A stretch of DNA of 64,000 nucleotides from a bacterium (GTDB lineage: Bacteria > UBA8248): positions 2,624,001-2,688,000 of the forward strand of contig OZ241875.1 of assembly GCA_965203325.1 (NCBI GenBank). Direction: 5' to 3'. The notes beneath the pieces were generated by a model, which made no database searches, had not been told where the DNA came from, and saw nothing but the letters and a program-made list of their open reading frames with translations. Every line of letters begins with the position of its first letter. Position 1 is the first letter of the stretch. Of the stretch, positions 19,388 to 29,260 are shown in pieces. The translations under genes and the position numbers were made by a program.

Positions 19388-20434
19388 TTACGTCAGGTAG
19401 TAGTCGCTGATGGCCTCGAGGCCCACCTTGATGGCCGCCGCGAGCGGAACGGCGAGGAGGATTCCCGCGAAGCCCATCAACTCGCCCCCTATCATGATGG
19501 CCGCGAGCACCACCACGGGGTGAAGCCCGATTCGGTTGCCTAGGATGCGGGGAACGAGCGCCATGCCCGCTATGGGCGAGATGACTCCGAACACGGCCAG
19601 CGTTCCCAGCGGGTGAAGCCAGTCCTGATGGGCGAGCCCCGAGAGAAGCAGTGCGATCGGCAGGGCCACTATCCATTCCACATAGGGGAACATGCAGGCG
19701 ATACCCGTGAAGATGCCCATCACCAGCCACAGCGGCATTCCCACGATGAAGAAGCCCAGCACGTAAAAGGCGGAGAGGATGCAGGCGATCAGCAGTTGCC
19801 CCTTGATGAACGAGCCGAGGAGCTCGTCGAGACGGAAGACCCTTTTCTCCACCTCTTTGCGGTAATCGCGGTGCACGTAGGCGAAAAACCCCGCCCATAG
19901 CTCTTTCCAGTCCCTCAGGATATAGAAGGTCATGACGGGGATGAGGACGAGATAGACGATACCGATGGCGATGGAAAAAATGCCGCTGGTCGTTCTCAGC
20001 AGAAACCTGAGCGCGGTAACGGGAAACTGTCCCAGGGGGGAGAGGTTTTCGGTGAAGTATTTCTTGAGTTCGGCGGTCTGGGGGAGTTCGAACCTGTCGA
20101 GCGTGGCGATGAGCCACGATTGGGCGACGGTGACGTAGCCGGGAAGTTGTTGGGCGAACGCCCTCACCTGCTCCTGCACCACGGGCGATATGCTGACCCA
20201 CAGGATGAACAGTCCCAGTCCCAGCCCCAGCAGGGGGATCAGGACGGCGAGGGGGCGCGGTATCTTCCATCTCTCCAGCGCATCGACCAGCGGCTGGAGC
20301 AGATAGGCGAGGATGAACGAAGCCGCCAGGGGGACCAGCGCCGCCCGGGCGCTCACCAGGAGCCAGACGGCGGCGATGAGTATGAGAATGAGCCAGATTC
20401 TCTTCCACGTGAGGATTTGGGATGGGTTGTCCAT
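19388..20434 (-). CDS. AI-2E family transporter
   Basis: LAYLLQPLVD, FIKGQL, PYV, PRILGNRIGLHP, GILLAVP. Confidence 0.9.
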   Translation of the reverse strand: MDNPSQILTWKRIWLILILIAAVWLLVSARAALVPLAASFILAYLLQPLVDALERWKIPRPLAVLIPLLGLGLGLFILWVSISPVVQEQVRAFAQQLPGYVTVAQSWLIATLDRFELPQTAELKKYFTENLSPLGQFPVTALRFLLRTTSGIFSIAIGIVYLVLIPVMTFYILRDWKELWAGFFAYVHRDYRKEVEKRVFRLDELLGSFIKGQLLIACILSAFYVLGFFIVGMPLWLVMGIFTGIACMFPYVEWIVALPIALLLSGLAHQDWLHPLGTLAVFGVISPIAGMALVPRILGNRIGLHPVVVLAAIMIGGELMGFAGILLAVPLAAAIKVGLEAISDYYLT

Positions 20435-20450
20435 GTCGGGTCGCCTGGCC

Positions 20451-21056
20451 TCAGTTCCGGGCCGCGGAGGTGGGTTTTTCCGCCTGATCGTCGTCCGGTT
20501 TCTCGTAAATCATCCGGGTGCCCACAAAGAAGAGATAATGAACCCCCGAGGCGAGCGTCAGCCCACAGGTGATCAGGTACATGGACAGCAGCACGACGTT
20601 CTGCTCCGCCGCCAGCGCCGCCGCCAGAAGAGCGGCCCCCGCGGTGACCATCTGGGCGGTCGTCGTGGTTTTCCCCAGCATGGATGGAGACGGCGTCTGA
20701 AAGCCCACCGTCATGAACAGCATCAGGCAGCCGATGGACAGCAGCAAATCCCGGCTCACCACGGAGACGGCCAGCCAGATCGGGATTTGTCCAGAAATCC
20801 CCATCATCATGTAGGCGGTGAACATGAGCAGTTTGTCCGCAATGGGGTCGAGCATGGCGCCCAGCTCCGTCATCTCGCCGCGCCGTCTCGCGATATAGCC
20901 GTCAACGCCGTCTGCCACGCCCGCGATGATGAAGACGGCCAGGGCGATTCCCGGCTTCCTGTAGGCGAGACACATGACGAAAACGGGGATCAGGATAACC
21001 CGGACCAGCGTGATCTTGGTCGCCAGCGTTAATCTGTTTGAAGCAGGTGCGCTCAT
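20451..21056 (-). CDS. CDP-alcohol phosphatidyltransferase (PgsA-like)
   Basis: ITLVRV, ADGVDGYIARR...GAMLDPIADK. Confidence 0.9.
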   Translation of the reverse strand: MSAPASNRLTLATKITLVRVILIPVFVMCLAYRKPGIALAVFIIAGVADGVDGYIARRRGEMTELGAMLDPIADKLLMFTAYMMMGISGQIPIWLAVSVVSRDLLLSIGCLMLFMTVGFQTPSPSMLGKTTTTAQMVTAGAALLAAALAAEQNVVLLSMYLITCGLTLASGVHYLFFVGTRMIYEKPDDDQAEKPTSAARN

Positions 21057-21154
21057 CGTTTAAGCGGCCTTTTCCTTCTCTTAAGTGTGTTGCCGCATCA
21101 TAACACAGGAACCCCGCGGTTTCCCTCGTCCGGTTTGCTCGTCGAGCGAGTGCT

Positions 21155-22024
21155 TCATGAAGAGGCGGGTTTCCCGGGTTCTCTCGTCTGCTGTTTCGCG
21201 GACCCTTTGCGCGCGGCGCGTTTCGGGTTCACCCTGGCCTTGGCCCAGCCCGTCCTGGAAGCCGGGCGCCTGGATGCGTTGGGAATGATGTTCGTCATCA
21301 TTTTCAGCTTTTCGACCTCATCGCGGGTGAGTGTCCTCACCTTGGCGCCGGGAAGGCCTCTGGCCGTGACCCCCCCGTAGGCGCGCCGGACGAGTTTGAT
21401 GACGGGATGCCCCACGGCCTCGCACATTTGCTTGACCTGGTGCTGCCTGCCCTCTCGGAGTTCGATTCTGAGCCAAGCGTTCTTCTCCGTCTTGCCCCGG
21501 ACGATCCGCACGCCGGCCGGCTGGGCTTTTCTGCCCCGCCCGCGCATCCACGATCCGTCCGCCATCCGGGCGAGGGCGGTCTCGGAGGGCGTGCCCTTCA
21601 CCTTCGCCTCATATACGCGGGGTATCCCGTATCTCGGGTGGGCGAGGCGGTTCGCCATCTCGCCGTCGTTGGTGAGTAGCAAGACGCCCTCGACGTCGAA
21701 GTCGAGCCTGCCGACGGGGAATACGCGCCGAAGACCCTGGGGCAGCAGGTCCGCCACGGTGGGCCTGTCCTTCCCTTCCTCGTCGCGCATGGTGGTGAGA
21801 ACGTTCTTCGGCTTGTTCAGCACGAGATAGACGGGCGGCTCCTTTTTGGTGATGAGCTTTCCGTTCACCTTGATGGCATCGGCGAGCGGATCCGCCTTGG
21901 CGCCCAGGGTGAGTACGCGCACTCCGTTCACCTGCACGCAGCCCTCTGTGATCAGGCGCTCCGCCTCCCGGCGCGATGCGATGCCCGCCTGGGCGATGAT
22001 CTTCTGAAGCCGGATAGCGGCCAT
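21155..22024 (-). CDS. rluB: 23S rRNA pseudouridine synthase with S4 domain
   Basis: RLQKIIAQAGIASRREAE, NKP, PVGRLDFD, LLLTNDG, LREGR. Confidence 0.88.
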   Translation of the reverse strand: MAAIRLQKIIAQAGIASRREAERLITEGCVQVNGVRVLTLGAKADPLADAIKVNGKLITKKEPPVYLVLNKPKNVLTTMRDEEGKDRPTVADLLPQGLRRVFPVGRLDFDVEGVLLLTNDGEMANRLAHPRYGIPRVYEAKVKGTPSETALARMADGSWMRGRGRKAQPAGVRIVRGKTEKNAWLRIELREGRQHQVKQMCEAVGHPVIKLVRRAYGGVTARGLPGAKVRTLTRDEVEKLKMMTNIIPNASRRPASRTGWAKARVNPKRAARKGSAKQQTREPGKPASS

Positions 22025-22161
22025 CTCTGGTTCTTCCCCCACGGTTTTCTCCGATAACTTCGAGCCAAGCGATTATAGCCATTCGGGGACGAACAAGGTA
22101 ACCTGTCGAGCAAACGCATGAACAGGGCGACATCTCACACTCTTTGCGAAGGAGGTCCGTT

Positions 22162-23271
22162 TTGCCGTCTTCTCAAACCATCATCAGCATGACGCCGGCG
22201 CACGTTTGCGTGCCGCTGGAGCGGCCGCTCAAGGTGGCCACGTTCGAGGTGCACGCCGTCGACACCTGCTGCGTCACCCTCCGCACGAAAGAGGGTCTCA
22301 AGGGCCACGGCTGGTGCTTCGCCTTCGGGCCCGAGCGCACCCGCGCGATGATAGCGATGGTGCGCGATCTGTTCGCCAACCTGCTGGGCAAAGACCCGGC
22401 GGACACGGATACGAACTGGGAGGCGATGCGCAAGGCGGTGAGCTTCGTGGGCCGCGACGGCATCAGCGCCCTGGCGATGTCTGCACTCGACACCGCCTGC
22501 TGGGACCTGGCGGCCCAGGCGGCGGGACAGCCGCTGTGGAAGTACCTGGGCGGTGAGAAGCGCGAGATTCCCTGCTACGCGAGCGAGGGACTATGGCTGA
22601 ATCTCTCGATAGACGAACTCGTAGAAGAAGCCGCCGCCCTCAAGGCGCGCGGATTCAGGGCCATGAAGCTCCGCGTGGGCGGAATGGTGGATGAGGACGT
22701 AGAGCGAATCCGCGCGGTGCGCGAGGCGATAGGCGATGAAGTCGCGCTCATGGTGGACGCCAACCAGGCCTGGGACGTGGAAACCGCGATAAGCGCGTGC
22801 AGGGCGTTCGAGCCCTTCGGCCTCTACTGGGTGGAGGAGCCGGTCGATCACGAGGACATCAGGGGGTGCGCGGAGGTCGCGGAGGCCAGCAGCATCCCCA
22901 TCTGCACCGGGGAGACGAACTACAACCCGCGCGGGATGCGCCACCTGCTCGTCGCGGGCGCGGCCGATATCCTCATGCCCGATCTGGAGCGCTGTTCGGG
23001 CGTCACGGGCTGGCGCCGCGCGGCGGCGATGGCGAAGGAATTCGGAAAGCCGGTGACCCCGCACCTGTTCCACGAGGTGTCGGCGCACCTTCTGAGTGCT
23101 GAGGAACACGGCGTCTGGTGCGAGCACATGCCCTGGTGGGAGTGCATCATCGAGGAGCCGATGGCGTTTCAGGACGGGAATCTGGTGCTCACCGACAAGC
23201 CCGGACTCGGGCTGGAATGGAAAGAAGAGGCGCTCCGGGAGTTCGCGCCGCCCTCGGGAGGGTCTCTGTAG
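22162..23271 (+). CDS. Mandelate racemase/muconate lactonizing enzyme family
   Basis: DTACWDL, KLR, MVDANQ, WVEEP, TGE, PHLF, EH; AGGAGG RBS before TTG 22162. Confidence 0.9.
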   Translation: MPSSQTIISMTPAHVCVPLERPLKVATFEVHAVDTCCVTLRTKEGLKGHGWCFAFGPERTRAMIAMVRDLFANLLGKDPADTDTNWEAMRKAVSFVGRDGISALAMSALDTACWDLAAQAAGQPLWKYLGGEKREIPCYASEGLWLNLSIDELVEEAAALKARGFRAMKLRVGGMVDEDVERIRAVREAIGDEVALMVDANQAWDVETAISACRAFEPFGLYWVEEPVDHEDIRGCAEVAEASSIPICTGETNYNPRGMRHLLVAGAADILMPDLERCSGVTGWRRAAAMAKEFGKPVTPHLFHEVSAHLLSAEEHGVWCEHMPWWECIIEEPMAFQDGNLVLTDKPGLGLEWKEEALREFAPPSGGSL

Positions 23272-24605
23272 TGGGGGGGACGCTCCTGCGCGGGGGGAGC
23301 ATCCTCACGCTCGACCCCGTGCTCGGCGATATCGAAGGCGGCGACCTGCTCATTGAGGACGATGAGATAAGGGACGTCGGCCGGAGCGTCCACGCCCCCG
23401 AAGCCGAGGAGGTGGACGCGGGCGATTTCATCGTCATGCCCGGTTTCGTGAACGCGCACCAGCATACCTGGCAGACGGGCATCCGCGGCGTGGCGGGCGA
23501 CTGGACGCTGGTGGAGTACATCCGGCAGATGCACGAGGGTTTCGGCCCCCGGTTCGGGCCGGAGGATATATATCTCGCGAACCTCGTCGGCGCACTGAAC
23601 CAGCTCAACGGCGGCGTCACGACGCTGTTCGACTGGTGCCACAACAACCCCACACCCGAGCACACCGACGCAGGTTTAGACGGCCTGGAGGAAGCGGGGA
23701 TCCGCGCGGTTTTCGGCCACGGAACGCCCAAGCCCAAAATCGCGGAAGGCGAGACGCCGCTCAGTCACAGGCCGCATCCACCAGAGGAAGTCAGACGCCT
23801 GCGCTCGGGGCGGCTGGCATCGGACGGCGGCCTCATCAAGCTGGCCCTGGCCACGAGAGGCCCCGATCTCTCCACGCTCGATATGTGTGTGCACGATATC
23901 TGCCTGGCCCGCGAGTACGATCTGCTCTGGAGCGCGCACATCGGCGGCGGGTTCCACCGGGTGACGCCCGACGGGATACGGCAGTTGGCGCGGAAGGGGC
24001 TTCTGGGGCCCGATTTCAACGCCGTGCACGCGAACCAGTTGAGCGGAGAGGAGTTGCGGATACTCGTCGATTCGGGCTGCTCGGTCACCTCCTGCCCCGA
24101 GGTGGAGATGCAGATGGGCCACGGCGAGCCCGTCATCGGGCGGGTTCTGGCCCTGGGCGGCAGGCCGACGCTGGGGATCGACGTGGAATCGAACATCAGC
24201 GGCGACATGTTCACCATGATGCGGGCGGGGCTTCAGTTCGCCCGCGCGCAGGAGAACCAGAAGATACTCGACGGGCGAACCTCGCTGGCGCAAATCGCGA
24301 TTCCCGCGAGGCGCGCGCTGGAGTGGGCGACGATAGACGGCGCCAACGCCCTGGGGCTCGGGTACAAGGCGGGCACGCTCAAGCCGAGCAAGCAGGCGGA
24401 CGTCGTCCTGATCAGAAAGAGCGACCTGAACCTCTTCCCCGTGAACGACCCGCTCGAGACGGTCGTTTTCCAGGCGTCGCTCGCCAACGTGGACACGGTG
24501 TTCGTGGCCGGAAAGGTCGTGAAGAAAAACGGGAAGCTGCTCTACCCCCGCCTGCGGGAGAAGATGGAGGCGTTGGCGGAATCGGGGAGGAGATTGCTAC
24601 ACTAG
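23271..24605 (+). CDS. Amidohydrolase (Atz/Trz-SsnA-like)
   Basis: PGFVNAHQHTWQ, SAH, VHAN, CPEVEMQMGHG, LGID, ATIDGA. Confidence 0.88.
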   Translation: MGGTLLRGGSILTLDPVLGDIEGGDLLIEDDEIRDVGRSVHAPEAEEVDAGDFIVMPGFVNAHQHTWQTGIRGVAGDWTLVEYIRQMHEGFGPRFGPEDIYLANLVGALNQLNGGVTTLFDWCHNNPTPEHTDAGLDGLEEAGIRAVFGHGTPKPKIAEGETPLSHRPHPPEEVRRLRSGRLASDGGLIKLALATRGPDLSTLDMCVHDICLAREYDLLWSAHIGGGFHRVTPDGIRQLARKGLLGPDFNAVHANQLSGEELRILVDSGCSVTSCPEVEMQMGHGEPVIGRVLALGGRPTLGIDVESNISGDMFTMMRAGLQFARAQENQKILDGRTSLAQIAIPARRALEWATIDGANALGLGYKAGTLKPSKQADVVLIRKSDLNLFPVNDPLETVVFQASLANVDTVFVAGKVVKKNGKLLYPRLREKMEALAESGRRLLH

Positions 24606-24655
24606 CGCGTACATCGTCATATACCGGTATTCATACATCATCATGGAGAAAGAAC

Positions 24656-25396
24656 ATGAGACTGGCGTTTTATTCTGACATTCATGCCCAACTCGCACCT
24701 CTGGACGCCGTTCTGGCGGAAGTCGACAAGCACGACGTGCACTGGGAGATCGTCCCCGGCGATCACGTCATGGGAGGACCCGAGCCGGGCGAGGTGGTGG
24801 ATCGCCTCCGCTCCCGGAAGAACTGCCTGCCCATACTGGGGAACTTCGACCGCTGGGTCATCGATCACGTGGATGAGGGGGAAAACGATTTCCCCGCGCG
24901 AAACGAGAGCTCCCGCCTGACGCGCGAGCACCTGACGGATGAGCAACTCGACTGGCTGAGGGGCCTGCCCCGCGAGATGACGATTACGCCAGAACCCGGA
25001 CACGATCTGCGCATCTTCCACGGCTCGCCGGGGAACGACGAGGGCGCACTCCCGCTCAGGCTTACCGACGACGAGATACTCGAACGACTCGCGGGCGAGA
25101 AATCTGAAGTCGTGGCCTTTGGCCAGTGCCACGGCCCCTACATCCGCCAGGTCGGGAACCAGACGCTCGTGTGCTCCGCTTCCGCCGCGGTGAACTGGGA
25201 CGGGGACAACCGCCCCGCCTACGTCCTCCTCGAATACCAGGGGGGCGGGAACTGGGAAGGGGAGATTCACCGCGTCGAGTATGATTTCGAAGAACAGGCG
25301 CGCAAGAACGAAGAGAGTTGGGACCCCGGCGGGGACAAGCAGGCCCACACGATTCGCACGGGCGAGTTCTGGAACCCCGCCCACATGCCCCACTAG
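24656..25396 (+). CDS. Calcineurin-like metallophosphoesterase
   Basis: SDIHA, GDHV, GNFD, FHGSP, GQCH (variant of GHTH). Confidence 0.85.
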   Translation: MRLAFYSDIHAQLAPLDAVLAEVDKHDVHWEIVPGDHVMGGPEPGEVVDRLRSRKNCLPILGNFDRWVIDHVDEGENDFPARNESSRLTREHLTDEQLDWLRGLPREMTITPEPGHDLRIFHGSPGNDEGALPLRLTDDEILERLAGEKSEVVAFGQCHGPYIRQVGNQTLVCSASAAVNWDGDNRPAYVLLEYQGGGNWEGEIHRVEYDFEEQARKNEESWDPGGDKQAHTIRTGEFWNPAHMPH

Positions 25397-25398
25397 AG

Positions 25399-25641
25399 GG
25401 GGCTGTTGAGAAAGTTCTCGTCGGGGGATATTGCCTTTAGGGGGAAGGTCGATTTCGCGCGAACCCCCGACCTCCCTCTTTGAAAGCAACCCCCCCTACC
25501 CCCCCTTGTCAGGGGGGTATAAAAAGGCGATGCGCCCCCGCCGGGCTGAGGGGTTTTGCTTTTTCTTGCCCCCCTGACAAGGGGGGGTAGGGGGGGGTGA
25601 CGTTATGGGGTTTCCCTTTCAAGGGCTTTCTCAACAACCCC
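25399..25641. mobile_element. MITE-like element with terminal inverted repeats enclosing the long IR element
   Basis: TIRs GGGGCTGTTGAGAAAG / CTTTCTCAACAACCCC (15/16 match); no ORF. Confidence 0.7.
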
Positions 25642-25918
25642 TGAAGGAGCGGAAAGAAACCGCCTCTTCGGCGGATGAGGGATGGGCGGGGGTTTTCTTC
25701 TCATTTTTCCCGGAAAATACAGTCTTTCTCAAATAAAGGCGGAGCGTATTTTGTGGCATGTTTTCAAAGTTGGGGGTATCATCTATTATAGAGAAGGAAG
25801 AATCCGGTGCATTGATAATGGCATGACATGGGTGGCCGGCGATTTATTGATATGATGTAGACGAAGAAATTTCAAATTCTGTCCGATTCCCGTTGAACAC
25901 TGCCTGGAGGGCCAGAAA

Positions 25919-27337
25919 ATGAACAAACCTTCTTCAGAGAATCCCGTTCCTGCCGAGGCGGGGACTGCAAAAGCCCAGAACGGCGGCCCGAACGGCCAGA
26001 ACCTGTTGTCCATCGACCCGCCTCGCTACAAGCCCATCGTGGTCCAGCAGATAGACAAAGTCCCCGAGTTGCAGAGCCTGCCCGAGGACATACGCTTCAG
26101 CATGAAGGTGGTGGGGCACGTGCTGCCCTTCCGCACGAACCGCTACATGGTGGAGAATCTCATCGACTGGGACAACGTGCCCGAGGATCCCCTGTTCCAG
26201 CTCTCTTTTCCCCAGGAGGGGATGATCTCGAAAGAAGATTTCGATTCCGTGGCGGCTCTCTTGAAGCGGGACGCGCCCAAGGAGCAACTCAACGCCGCCA
26301 TCCACGAGATCAGGGCCGGCCTGAACCCCCACCCCGCCGGACAGCAGACGCTGAACGTGCCCGTCCTCGACGAGGAGCACGTGGAAGGCATGCAGCACAA
26401 ATACCACGAGACGGTGCTCTTCTTCCCGGGCCAGGGGCAGACCTGCCACGCCTACTGCACCTTCTGTTTCCGCTGGGCGCAGTTCGTGGGGGACAAGGAG
26501 CTTCGCTTCATCTCCACAGACGCGGACATCCTGCACAGGTATCTCTCCGAACACAAAGAAGTGACGGACGTCCTCTTCACGGGCGGTGATCCCTTGATCA
26601 TGAAGACCAAGGCGCTCGAGGGCTATATGCAGCCCCTGCTGGATGATTCGCGCTTCGCGCACATCCGCGACATCCGCATCGGCTCGAAGGCGCTGACCTT
26701 CTGGCCGTATCGCTTCACCACCGACGCCGACGCGGACGATCTGCTGCGTCTGTTCGAGAAGATGGTGGAAGGCGGCAAGCACATCGCCATCATGGCGCAC
26801 TTCAATCACGAGCGTGAAGTCCAGACCCCGATGGCGCGCGAGGCCATCAGGAGGGTGCGGGATACGGGCGCCGTCATCCGGACGCAGGCGCCGCTTCTCA
26901 AGCACATCAACGACGACGCGGATATGTGGGCGCGCATGTGGAAGGAGCAGGTGCGGCTGGGCCTGATCCCCTATTACATGTTCGTGGAAAGGGACACGGG
27001 CGCCAAGCGCTACTTCGAACTGCCCCTGGTGGAAGCTCACGCGATCTACCGGAAGGCCTACTCCCAGGTGTCCGGTCTGGCGCGAACCGCGCGGGGTCCC
27101 TCGATGAGCGCGGCGCCCGGCAAGGTGCAGGTCCTGGGAATCGAGGAGGTCCGCGGCGAGCGCATCATCGCGCTTCAGTTCCTCCAGGCGAGAAACCCCG
27201 AGTGGCTGGGCCGCGTCTTCTTCGCCGAGTACAACGAAAACGCCACCTGGCTCACCGGCCTCAAGCCGGCCTTTGGAGAGAAGGAGTTCTTCTACGAGGC
27301 GGACTTCGAGGCGATGAAGCAGCGCCTGGCGAGTTAG
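25919..27337 (+). CDS. KamA family radical SAM aminomutase (lysine 2,3-aminomutase-like)
   Basis: HKY, CHAYCTFCFR, FTGGDP, HFNH, QAPL, PYYMF, PGKV. Confidence 0.88.
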   Translation: MNKPSSENPVPAEAGTAKAQNGGPNGQNLLSIDPPRYKPIVVQQIDKVPELQSLPEDIRFSMKVVGHVLPFRTNRYMVENLIDWDNVPEDPLFQLSFPQEGMISKEDFDSVAALLKRDAPKEQLNAAIHEIRAGLNPHPAGQQTLNVPVLDEEHVEGMQHKYHETVLFFPGQGQTCHAYCTFCFRWAQFVGDKELRFISTDADILHRYLSEHKEVTDVLFTGGDPLIMKTKALEGYMQPLLDDSRFAHIRDIRIGSKALTFWPYRFTTDADADDLLRLFEKMVEGGKHIAIMAHFNHEREVQTPMAREAIRRVRDTGAVIRTQAPLLKHINDDADMWARMWKEQVRLGLIPYYMFVERDTGAKRYFELPLVEAHAIYRKAYSQVSGLARTARGPSMSAAPGKVQVLGIEEVRGERIIALQFLQARNPEWLGRVFFAEYNENATWLTGLKPAFGEKEFFYEADFEAMKQRLAS

Positions 27338-27499
27338 GCTCACGAACAACTACAGCCCTCAAAAAATGAAAATCAAGAATCTGGTTGCGCAATCGCGCAG
27401 ATATTTCGTTATTTGATCGCATTCATCCGGCGCTACCATTGTCTTTTCGCAATCGTTGAAATATCATTCAGGAGTTCATTTGAACTTCAAGGAGCTTGG

Positions 27500-28234
27500 G
27501 TGGTGCCTATGGGAAATGAATCTCCATATAAGTTGGTTGGCAGGGGAATTTACACACCCGCCGAAGCCGCCTTTTATGCGCGTGTCCAGACGCGTCTCAT
27601 CAACAGATGGTTTTTCGGAAACAAGCAGGGTGAAAAAATATTTTCTCCCGAATTGGAGTTGAAAGACGAGCGGGTAATTTCATTTCTTGATTTCGTTCAA
27701 ATGTTGGCCGTTCGAGAATTGCGTTACAAGTATAAAGTTCCGCTGCAGAATATCCGTGATGGCATCCAAGAGTTTCAAGACAGATACGGGATCGGTCATC
27801 CTTTTGCGCGTGAGCATGTGGCCTACCTGTTTCAAAAGACCCTTTATATTCGCCAACAGGATGAATCCGAGGACAATATTTACACTGCTGTATCCGGCAA
27901 TTCTAAAGGTCAATATGCTTTGAGGCGGGTTGTCGAAGTTTATATGCAGGACCTGAAATTCAAGCCCGATGGATTGGTAGAGTTCTATACTGCATTTAGT
28001 CGACCTTATAAAAACAAGGTCAAGAAGATTGTTTTGCATCCAGAAAAAAGATTTGGTGAGCCGTTAGTGGAATCGTGTGGGATCACGCCACAAACGCTTT
28101 ATGAAGCCAGTATTACGGAAGGAAGCATCGAAGCTGCTGCCGATATGTATGAGGTTGAGCCTGAAGATGTGGATATTGCTTGTAGATATATCGATCACTT
28201 AACACCATCGACAGCACACAACATAGCCGCGTGA
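27500..28234 (+). CDS. DUF433-domain antitoxin with N-terminal HTH (VapB45-like)
   Basis: GIYTPAEAA, SFLDFVQ, C-terminal LHPEKRFGEPLV...AADMYEV; AT-rich. Confidence 0.8.
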   Translation: MVPMGNESPYKLVGRGIYTPAEAAFYARVQTRLINRWFFGNKQGEKIFSPELELKDERVISFLDFVQMLAVRELRYKYKVPLQNIRDGIQEFQDRYGIGHPFAREHVAYLFQKTLYIRQQDESEDNIYTAVSGNSKGQYALRRVVEVYMQDLKFKPDGLVEFYTAFSRPYKNKVKKIVLHPEKRFGEPLVESCGITPQTLYEASITEGSIEAAADMYEVEPEDVDIACRYIDHLTPSTAHNIAA

Positions 28235-28665
28235 GAAACTCCCTCAAATTGTTTTTCGATGAGAATATCGGCGCGCGCCTTTACAGAGCGATTTCAGCTT
28301 TATTGAAACTCTCGAAAACCAGAAATATAGAAACTGCGCACCTGATTGTTGATTATTCTGGAGAAGGTTTGCGAGATGAGTCCTGGGTGCCAAGACTTGC
28401 CGGTGAAGGTTGGATAGTTATCTCTGCTGACAGAGGTTCTGGTAGTCGAAGAAAGGGCACGCCCTTGCCTATTATGTGCAGGGAGAATGGCATTACTCAT
28501 GTATTGATAAGTGGAAAACTTCACAATAAAGAGCAGTTGGAGAAGGCATGTGCGATTTTAGACGTAAGGGAAAAGCTGTATGAATTGGACGATGCGCCCA
28601 AAGGTACGCGTTATTTGCTTTATGCGGGCCCGGGCAACTCCGCAGCCAGACTCAAGAAAAAGTAA
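28231..28665 (+). CDS. PIN-domain toxin (VapC45/DUF5615-like)
   Basis: LFFDENI, DESW, GWIVISAD; GTGA overlap with the antitoxin. Confidence 0.8.
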   Translation: MRNSLKLFFDENIGARLYRAISALLKLSKTRNIETAHLIVDYSGEGLRDESWVPRLAGEGWIVISADRGSGSRRKGTPLPIMCRENGITHVLISGKLHNKEQLEKACAILDVREKLYELDDAPKGTRYLLYAGPGNSAARLKKK

Positions 28666-28697
28666 GGTTTTCTTTCTTAAAAATTTTTTCTTAGACG

Positions 28698-29165
28698 TTA
28701 CTTCTTCGCCATGCGCAGCACTTCGTCGAATTCCTTTTTCGTCACAGGCTGAACGCTCAGGCGCTGGCCTCGCTGGGTGACGCGCATCTCGGCGAGCCTG
28801 GGATTTTCTTTCAGTTCATTGAGCGAGACGGGCCGGGGGAGTTTTTCCATCGCCTGCAGATCCACCATCTGCCAGCGCGGGGCGTCGGCGGGGGCTTTCG
28901 GGTCGTAGTACTTGGATTTCTTGTCGTATTGGGTGTGATCGGGATACGACTCCCGCGCCACCCGCGCGGTGCCCGCCACATGGGGCGGCTTCGTGCTCGA
29001 ATGGTAGAAGAGAACGTAGTCGTCCACCTTCATCTCCATCATGAAATTTCTGGCCTGGTAGTTTCGGATGCCGTCCCAGCAGGCGGTCTGCTCGGGCTCC
29101 GCCATCAGGTCGTCGAACGAGTATGCGTCCGGTTCGCTCTTCATGAGCCAGTATTTTCGGGCCAT
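28698..29165 (-). CDS. EVE domain protein
   Basis: YWLMKSEP, WDGIRNYQARN, FYHS, RLSVQPV. Confidence 0.95.
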   Translation of the reverse strand: MARKYWLMKSEPDAYSFDDLMAEPEQTACWDGIRNYQARNFMMEMKVDDYVLFYHSSTKPPHVAGTARVARESYPDHTQYDKKSKYYDPKAPADAPRWQMVDLQAMEKLPRPVSLNELKENPRLAEMRVTQRGQRLSVQPVTKKEFDEVLRMAKK

Positions 29166-29260
29166 CGAAAGCGTATCTCCATGGTTGGCGTGGATGAATT
29201 CAGGATTACGGTGAGCCTACCACGTCGCGGCTGGTGGTGAAATATGGGTGAGCGAACCGC

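Noticed and set aside
23636..24655. N-terminal 340 aa of the 586-aa ORF as a fusion to the phosphoesterase
   Set aside because: Alternate-frame overlap with the amidohydrolase gene; the real start is ATG 24656 after a GGAGA RBS
25919..27337. EF-P modification enzyme EpmB
   Set aside because: No efp or epmA nearby, and the protein is longer than typical EpmB; left as KamA family
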